A stretch of 46,652 bases of DNA, taken from NCBI GenBank assembly GCA_001778635.1, contig MFHO01000001.1, forward strand, positions 1-46,652, given 5' to 3'. The stretch is from Candidatus Giovannonibacteria bacterium RIFCSPHIGHO2_02_FULL_45_13 (GTDB taxonomy: Bacteria; Patescibacteriota; Minisyncoccia; UBA11713; 2-01-FULL-45-33). The notes beneath the pieces were generated by a model. It had not been told where the DNA came from, made no database searches, and worked only from the letters and a program-made list of their open reading frames with translations. A program made the position numbers and the translations under genes. Of this stretch, positions 41,305 through 46,652 are shown one piece after another. How positions within the stretch are numbered: the stretch's first letter is position 1; each line of letters starts with the position of its first letter.

Positions 41305-42532
41305 TAACGATACGAAAATAAAAAAAGTGGAGGGCGAAACCCTCAAGACGTTTCAGGAAGAAATTCCTTCCCAATATTTTTCTCACAAAGATGAAGCCGC
41401 TTACCGCGATTACGTAAAGAACGCGGAGTTTGTTTACAGAGAACTGTTCAAATTCCCTCCGCAAATGTTTCGAGACGCCGAACTTATAGACTTCGGAGCC
41501 GGAACGGGAGAGAATACGGTGTATTTGGCAAACTGGGGCGCCAAATGCACGCTGGTTGAAATGAACCAGAAAGCGCAGGATATATCAAAGGAAGTATTTA
41601 GGAAATATGCGCGGAATTTTGACGACCATCATTTTGTCTGTTCTTCAATTTTTGATTATAATCCGGCCGATAACGAAAAGTATGACATTGTTCATTGCAG
41701 GGCCGTGCTCTCGCACACCGCGGCGAAGGAAGCGGCTTTCAAAAAAATCGCAAAGCTTGTAAAGCCCGGGGGATTTTTGATTTTTGGAGACCCGAATAAA
41801 GCCGGGGGATTTCAGAATATGCTTCAGCGCTTCGCCGTTTATCATTTTGCTTCAACACCTGATGAAATGGTGAAAGTCTGCGAGTTCCTTTTTAAGGAAG
41901 ATATTGACCGCAGTGAGAAGTTTATTCCTCGCACCCGTCGCGCGATTATTTTTGACCGGTGGGTAATTCAATCACAGGACGACCCGTCAATCGCAGAAGT
42001 CGTGAATTGGATGAAGAATAGCGGTTTGCGTTTGTATTCATCGTATCCTCCATTTGCCATACCGCTTCGCGGTGATTCGCTGCATCACCAGCCAAAGTTT
42101 GACACCGCATCGGTATCTAATCTTGCCAATCTGGGCGTGCTTACAGAACTGGTTTGGATGCTGCAGACGGAATCGGACAGCGAAGCTTTCCCAAAATTTA
42201 CCGAGGGGCTTACTCCGTTTGCGGAGGCGTTTACAAACCTTACTTCATGCGTGGCGAATTTTAACAAAGACACAAGTCTGGACGTCGGCCGCTTTCAAGA
42301 GTTGTCGCGCTCACTGGCAAAGTCTTCCGACGCGCTGAACTTTCTTCAGCCTCTTCGCGAGAAGCTTCTGCGAGCTCTCGCGGAGGCCGATGAATTTGTT
42401 GGTTTGGTTTATGCGGCCGATTTGGATAAATTGCGCAAGTTCATTGATAAAACAGAAGTTCTTTTCAAGGGCGCTTGCGGCATGCGCCATGCGGACTTCA
42501 TTGCTTATAAGCCCGTTGAGAACAAAGATTAA
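41294..42532 (+). CDS. Class I SAM-dependent methyltransferase fused to an unrecognised ~200-aa C-terminal domain
   Basis: LIDFGAGTGENT (motif I), VKPGGFLIFGDPN. I moved the start to 41294, which overlaps the upstream stop by 11 nt. I did not recognise the C-terminal half. Confidence 0.65.
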   Translation: MSNNNDTKIKKVEGETLKTFQEEIPSQYFSHKDEAAYRDYVKNAEFVYRELFKFPPQMFRDAELIDFGAGTGENTVYLANWGAKCTLVEMNQKAQDISKEVFRKYARNFDDHHFVCSSIFDYNPADNEKYDIVHCRAVLSHTAAKEAAFKKIAKLVKPGGFLIFGDPNKAGGFQNMLQRFAVYHFASTPDEMVKVCEFLFKEDIDRSEKFIPRTRRAIIFDRWVIQSQDDPSIAEVVNWMKNSGLRLYSSYPPFAIPLRGDSLHHQPKFDTASVSNLANLGVLTELVWMLQTESDSEAFPKFTEGLTPFAEAFTNLTSCVANFNKDTSLDVGRFQELSRSLAKSSDALNFLQPLREKLLRALAEADEFVGLVYAADLDKLRKFIDKTEVLFKGACGMRHADFIAYKPVENKD

Positions 42533-42534
42533 TT

Positions 42535-43686
42535 ATGAAAATTAACAGCCATAACGAATGGGACAAGCTTAAGGAGATTATTGTTGGCCGCGGAGACGGG
42601 CACGCGAGTTTGGTGTTTCCCTGCCCGCCGATAGGCGGGGCGCATGGGCCGGTAACTGAAGAATTGCTGCAGAAAGCGACGGCGTTGGCAAAAAAAGCTT
42701 TTCCGCAATGGCTGATTGATGAAATTAATGAAGATTTGGACGGGCTGGCCAAAGTTTTAAAATCATTCGGCGTGAAAGTGCACAGACCGGATATTGCTCA
42801 TAACAACAAATTTTTCGCGACGCCTTACTTTAGCGCTGTCGGCGACCACGTTTACAATATGAGAGATCTTCATCTTGTGGTCGGAAATACCGTTGTTGAG
42901 TCGCCGTCGCAGGAACAGCATCGTTATTTTGAAGCAATGGGGCTTTATCCGATTTGGCATGAGTATTTAAAAGATGGTTTTCGCTGGATAGCGGGACCAA
43001 AGCCGAGAATTCCGGGAGACCATATGGTAGTTTATGCGGCTGACGGAAGGGACGGGTATGATGACGGGCAAAAATATATAAAGCTGAAAGAAGACGAAAT
43101 TTTATTTGAGGCGGCCAACACGGTTCGGCTGGGGAGGGACCTTTTGTATTTGGTATCCAGGTCAGGCAATTATCTTGGAGCAAAATGGCTGCAAAGCGTT
43201 TTGGGTGACGAGTATCGTGTTCATACTACCGACAAAATTTATCGCTCCAGCCACATTGATTCTACCGCTCTGGCTTTGGCTCCGGGCGTGATTCTTTTGA
43301 ATAGCAGCCGCGTAAATGAGAATAATTGTCCGGAAATTCTGAAGAAATGGAAAAAATTGTATTTTGCCGACATTGTCCAGACCCCGGAGAAAACTCTGGA
43401 ATTTCATGATAAAGTCAGAAAACCGGTTCATCAGCAGCTTTTGGCGATGGGAGTCCATTCTGGGTTGGATTCCGTGGCTTCTCCGTGGATTGGCATGAAT
43501 GTGCTTTCCGTTGACCCCAAAACTGTTATCGTTGATAAGATTCAGGTTCCGCTCATTAAATTTCTTGAACAAAATGGGTTTACGGCAGTTCCAATCAGCT
43601 TTCGGCATTCGTATTACATGGGCGGCATCCATTGCAGCACGCTGGACACAGTCAGAGAAAGCAAGCTGGAGAGCTATTTTGGTTAA
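42535..43686 (+). CDS. Amidinotransferase (glycine amidinotransferase / StrB1 inosamine-phosphate amidinotransferase family)
   Basis: The N-terminus INSHNEWDKLKEIIVGRGDG parallels the GATM/StrB1 block (sxNEWDPLEEVIVG). The C-terminus YYMGGIHCSTLD carries the catalytic-Cys block (GGxHCxTxD) of the amidinotransferase fold. Confidence 0.8.
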   Translation: MKINSHNEWDKLKEIIVGRGDGHASLVFPCPPIGGAHGPVTEELLQKATALAKKAFPQWLIDEINEDLDGLAKVLKSFGVKVHRPDIAHNNKFFATPYFSAVGDHVYNMRDLHLVVGNTVVESPSQEQHRYFEAMGLYPIWHEYLKDGFRWIAGPKPRIPGDHMVVYAADGRDGYDDGQKYIKLKEDEILFEAANTVRLGRDLLYLVSRSGNYLGAKWLQSVLGDEYRVHTTDKIYRSSHIDSTALALAPGVILLNSSRVNENNCPEILKKWKKLYFADIVQTPEKTLEFHDKVRKPVHQQLLAMGVHSGLDSVASPWIGMNVLSVDPKTVIVDKIQVPLIKFLEQNGFTAVPISFRHSYYMGGIHCSTLDTVRESKLESYFG

Positions 43687-43691
43687 AATCT

Positions 43692-44639
43692 ATGGCATAC
43701 CAAAAAAAAATTCCGCATGGAATTATGTTCCATCATTTTTATAACGAAGCGCATCCAAGCGGGCAGGGAGCCATTTCTGCTGACGACTTGGATAACCTAT
43801 TGCGCTATGTGGGCCTAGAAAGAATTTTGCCGCCGTTTGAGTGGTTAAAAAGGTTGAAAGAAAACAAGTTAAAGAATGGGGACGTTTGTTTGACTTTTGA
43901 TGACGCTCTTTTGTGCCAGACGGAAATCGCCTTGCCTGTTTTAGAGAAACACGGCTTTAAGGCCTTCTGGTTTATTTACTCCGGCGTTTTTGAGGGAAAG
44001 CAGGAAAATTTGGAACTCTATAGATTTTTCCGTGTAAAATATTTTGATAACATAGATGATTTTTATCAGATATTTTTTAAAAAAGTTTCTGAAGCTGGAA
44101 TTGCTGCGGACACAGACCCTGAATTTGAGAAAAGGATGCTGGAGAGTTTCCCGTTTTATTCCATAAACGACATTAGATTCCGCTTTCTGCGAGACAAGGC
44201 GCTCGGCAGAATAAATTATGAAAAAATCATGGACGCCATGTTAAAAGATTGCGGTTTGGACAAAAAAGCAATGTCAAAACGTTTATGGATGTCGGATAAT
44301 GATTTAAAATATCTAAGCGGTAGCGGGCACGTTATAGGATTGCATTCTTATTCTCATCCTACTGCGCTCGCGGATTTGTCTTTTGAAGAACAATTCAGCG
44401 AGTATAAAAAAAATTACTCACACATAAAAAGAGTTACGGGTCAGAACCCGGTCGTAGCGGCGCATCAAGTGAGTTCTTATAATGATGATACTTTGAAGAT
44501 TCTAGAAAAGCTCGGCATTGTTTGCTGTTTCCGTTCCAATATGTTTCCCAAAAAAGAAGGGGGCGCGCTTAACGCTAGCGCTCTTGAAATGGCCCGGGAA
44601 GACCACGCCAATGTTATGAGAATGATGAAAGATAGATAA
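43692..44639 (+). CDS. Polysaccharide deacetylase (CE4/NodB-like) family protein
   Basis: HGIMFHHF, VCLTFDDALLCQ (the TFDD metal/catalytic block), GLHSYSHP. I moved the start to 43692. An A9 tract lies at 43702-43710. Confidence 0.7.
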   Translation: MAYQKKIPHGIMFHHFYNEAHPSGQGAISADDLDNLLRYVGLERILPPFEWLKRLKENKLKNGDVCLTFDDALLCQTEIALPVLEKHGFKAFWFIYSGVFEGKQENLELYRFFRVKYFDNIDDFYQIFFKKVSEAGIAADTDPEFEKRMLESFPFYSINDIRFRFLRDKALGRINYEKIMDAMLKDCGLDKKAMSKRLWMSDNDLKYLSGSGHVIGLHSYSHPTALADLSFEEQFSEYKKNYSHIKRVTGQNPVVAAHQVSSYNDDTLKILEKLGIVCCFRSNMFPKKEGGALNASALEMAREDHANVMRMMKDR

Positions 44640-44653
44640 TGGTTTAAATAATT

Positions 44654-45070
44654 ATGAAAGATTGTGTTCTTATCCGCAAAAAGGAGGTCAATAATGTTCT
44701 TGCGCTGGAACCGATGCGTGGCAAAAGGCAGCTAGAGCCGTTCAGGGCGTTATTTCTTTCTAAAAAAATCCCGTTTGGAATTATGGAAGACCACGAGGTT
44801 TCGGAAGCCGAAGCCGAGGTGCATAAACACGAAGCCGATTTGTGGATTGGGCTGGAAGGCAAGGCAGAATTTATTTACGGCGGCGAGCTTGTTGAGCCTT
44901 GGATTCGCGAAGGCACGCATAGCAACGAACTCGGTGGCGAGGATATAAAAGGCGGCACAAAAGTTGTTTTAAAAGCCGGAGACATTCTTTACATTCCGGC
45001 AGGTCAACCTCATATGCACACATCTTCAAAAACCGCCCGCATGCTCATCATAAAAATTCCTGAAAGATAA
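44654..45070 (+). CDS. Cupin-domain protein
   Basis: Cupin motif 1-like EVHKHEADLWIGLEG and motif 2-like GDILYIPAGQPHMH. The start is uncertain (44654 or 44714). Confidence 0.6.
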   Translation: MKDCVLIRKKEVNNVLALEPMRGKRQLEPFRALFLSKKIPFGIMEDHEVSEAEAEVHKHEADLWIGLEGKAEFIYGGELVEPWIREGTHSNELGGEDIKGGTKVVLKAGDILYIPAGQPHMHTSSKTARMLIIKIPER

Positions 45071-45098
45071 AAAGCCTCGGGCAATGCCGCGGCTTTTT
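45069..45098. terminator. Bidirectional rho-independent terminator between convergent genes
   Basis: AAAAGCC-TCGG-GCAATG-CCGC-GGCTTTTT. An A-run and a T-run flank the GC stem. Confidence 0.7.
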
Positions 45099-45105
45099 AA
45101 ATTGA

Positions 45106-46125
45106 CTAAGAATTAAACGCTATTAGCATGCCGCTAAGCATACCAATCACAAGTATTGTTTTCTCATTCGCGTCAAGCTCTTTTATTTCTTTGAAGTAAT
45201 AAAGGCCGATTAAGGTGGGCGCAATCATTTCCATAACGAGAAATGTCGGCTGGATTATAATAAGGTGAGCCGCTTGGTATGCCCAGTAGCTCGCCCATAA
45301 GGAGGAAACCATGCTCACGCTTAATAAGAATATCTGCAGTATGCTTTTTGCCTGCGGCGATAATGAAAGAACTTCGTCTTCCTGCTCGTCAATCTTTTTG
45401 TAGTAAAATATTTTTTCAATGGCAAAAAATGAGCGCAGATCTTTTATCGGTGTTTTGGAATAAACAAATACCACAATGGCTCCGATTAACGACCCGCTGT
45501 ACCATGCCCAGATGTATTTCAGCGGGGGGACATCTTGCGCGCCGAAGTATTTCATGGAAAACATCGCTATGCCCCACGTGACGCTAAAATAGATAACGCA
45601 TTTAAGAAGCAGTTTTTCTTTTGCCGCCCCGAGCGCTTGATCTGGGAGCTCTACGCCGATTTTTACGGCTTCCAGTTTTGCTTCCAACTCTGCTTTCTTG
45701 TTTCTATACATCATAAAAAAAAGCGCGGTAACAAGACTTACAGATGCGCCCGCAGAAAGGCCATTGTTGAGAAATTTTGCTTCGCTCAAGATATAATAGC
45801 CAAGCGCCATAGCAAGCACGTCGTCAAACACTAAATAAAGCGATGCGCGCGACATACTGATATCCGATGCTACCCAGTGTGCATATGCGGCTATGGCGTT
45901 AAAGAAGCCAATAATCATAACAATCATCACTACGCGGTCCAATGCCAGCTGCCCGAATATCAGCGCGGATATTACTCCGATTGCTGAACAGAAAAGATAG
46001 GTCAGCAAAAATCGGCTTGTTCTTGAATGCTGGCCCGTAATTTTTTTAATCAGCGCTGCCTGGAGAACGTGTCCGATAATCAGTCGCAGAAAAACCGGCA
46101 ATAGCCAAATTGGAATCATGCCCAC
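45106..46125 (-). CDS. 10-TM membrane protein, possible DMT/EamA-like transporter (5+5 TM halves separated by a charged linker)
   Basis: 339 aa. Two hydrophobic halves are separated by KKAELEAKLEAVKIGVELPDQALGAAKEK. Family assignment is by topology only. Confidence 0.4.
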   Translation of the reverse strand: MGMIPIWLLPVFLRLIIGHVLQAALIKKITGQHSRTSRFLLTYLFCSAIGVISALIFGQLALDRVVMIVMIIGFFNAIAAYAHWVASDISMSRASLYLVFDDVLAMALGYYILSEAKFLNNGLSAGASVSLVTALFFMMYRNKKAELEAKLEAVKIGVELPDQALGAAKEKLLLKCVIYFSVTWGIAMFSMKYFGAQDVPPLKYIWAWYSGSLIGAIVVFVYSKTPIKDLRSFFAIEKIFYYKKIDEQEDEVLSLSPQAKSILQIFLLSVSMVSSLWASYWAYQAAHLIIIQPTFLVMEMIAPTLIGLYYFKEIKELDANEKTILVIGMLSGMLIAFNS

Positions 46126-46226
46126 CCCCCAATTTGATTGTCAAAAGCTACTTAATCTTTAGCATATTTATAAAATTTTGTCTATATGCAGAAGCCATTC
46201 CGGCAGTTTATCTTGGCGGCGCAAAA

Positions 46227-46355
46227 ATGCTTACCGAGGTTGGAGATGTAAGGCCGCTCTTGGTTAAACCAGATCCGGCGGTCATGAAAAAATTCCGGCC
46301 GCTGGATGCCAAGCCCGCGGTCAGAGAAATTGAGAATTTTTTGGACGCCATTTAA
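46227..46355 (+). CDS. Possible small ORF (42 aa; up to 81 aa if started at 46110)
   Basis: MLTEVGDVRPLLVKPDPAVMKKFRPLDAKPAVREIENFLDAI. It ends 8 nt before a strong + strand terminator. No SD and no recognised homology. Confidence 0.25.
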   Translation: MLTEVGDVRPLLVKPDPAVMKKFRPLDAKPAVREIENFLDAI

Positions 46356-46363
46356 GCGTCTTA

Positions 46364-46397
46364 AGTGCAGTAACTTGTTACTGCACTCTTTATTTTT
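46364..46397 (+). terminator. Rho-independent terminator
   Basis: The perfect 10-bp stem pairs AGTGCAGTAA with TTACTGCACT, the loop is CTTG, and CTTTATTTTTT follows. Confidence 0.85.
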
Positions 46398-46408
46398 TAG
46401 TTTAAATA

Positions 46409-46652
46409 ATGATGAAAAAAACAGCTTGCGAGCTTTGCGCGTTTGAGAATCCTAAGCCGACGGCAACCGCGGTCGTAATCCGCAACCAAAAACTTTTGGT
46501 TGTAAGGCGCGCGGAAGAGCCATTTAGGGGGGAGTGGGATTTTGTTGGCGGATATTTAAGTAAAAATGAAACGCCGGATGAGGCGTTGAGGCGAGAAATC
46601 AAAGAGGAGCTTGGTGTTAATTCTCGTTTAACTTATCTCGGCGCGTTTCCCG
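46409..46652 (+). CDS. NUDIX hydrolase, N-terminal fragment (runs off the window; not in the supplied ORF track)
   Basis: My own translation is MMKKTACELCAFENPKPTATAVVIRNQKLLVVRRAEEPFRGEWDFVGGYLSKNETPDEALRREIKEELGV... It contains a complete Nudix box, G-x5-E-x7-REIxEExGV. Confidence 0.85.
   Translation, partial: MMKKTACELCAFENPKPTATAVVIRNQKLLVVRRAEEPFRGEWDFVGGYLSKNETPDEALRREIKEELGVNSRLTYLGAFP

Noticed and set aside
44681-44735. Strong AAGGAGG at 44681-44687 followed by an ATG at 44694.
   Set aside because: The ATG is out of frame with the cupin ORF and opens only a 13-codon frame (MFLRWNRCVAKGS). It is probably a chance SD-like Lys-Glu-Val coding sequence, though it leaves the cupin start uncertain.
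46402-46602. Minus-strand 66-aa ORF at the window end.
   Set aside because: It is antisense to a plus-strand frame with a perfect Nudix box, which I annotated instead.

Overview
AT-rich, very compact bacterial window. Many neighbouring genes share 4-nt ATGA start/stop overlaps, and almost no gene has a Shine-Dalgarno (SD) sequence. By inference only, this style fits an uncultivated small-genome bacterium (CPR/Patescibacteria-like). Layout: (1) 1-4342 holds the core genes rpoB (3' end) and rpoC. (2) 4.3-8.0 kb is a small accessory mosaic. It contains two DUF218-like genes, a hicB-hicA toxin-antitoxin pair and an intact IS481-like insertion sequence with terminal inverted repeats and a 5-bp target duplication. 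It also contains a self-contained promoter/SD/terminator cassette for a 72-aa Cys-rich peptide and an ArsR-family regulator. Three interleaved direct-repeat families stitch these parts together. (3) 8.0-46.1 kb is a ~38 kb glycan biosynthesis and modification super-locus. It has six GT2 enzymes of the polyprenyl-phosphate-sugar synthase type, at least five large GT-C/ArnT/PMT-like membrane proteins, one GT4 and a KpsS/KpsC-like transferase. It also carries RmlA/RmlB, a DegT aminotransferase, AsnB, and a UbiA-type polyprenyl-phosphate phosphoribosyltransferase followed by a HAD phosphatase and an SDR. Further genes are a NeuC/NeuB/NeuA nonulosonic-acid module, two Gfo/Idh/MocA oxidoreductases, a GATM/StrB-type amidinotransferase, a CE4 deacetylase, a cupin and 7 methyltransferases. 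I saw no Wzx/Wzy/Wzz, ABC exporter or priming phosphoglycosyltransferase. (4) 46409-46652 is the 5' end of a NUDIX hydrolase. No rRNA, tRNA or CRISPR array was recognised. The most interesting leads are an arginine-type amidinotransferase inside the nonulosonic-acid operon, a lipid-linked pentofuranose donor module feeding a battery of GT-C enzymes, in-frame palindromic elements inside glycosyltransferase genes, and the orphan Cys-rich peptide cassette.
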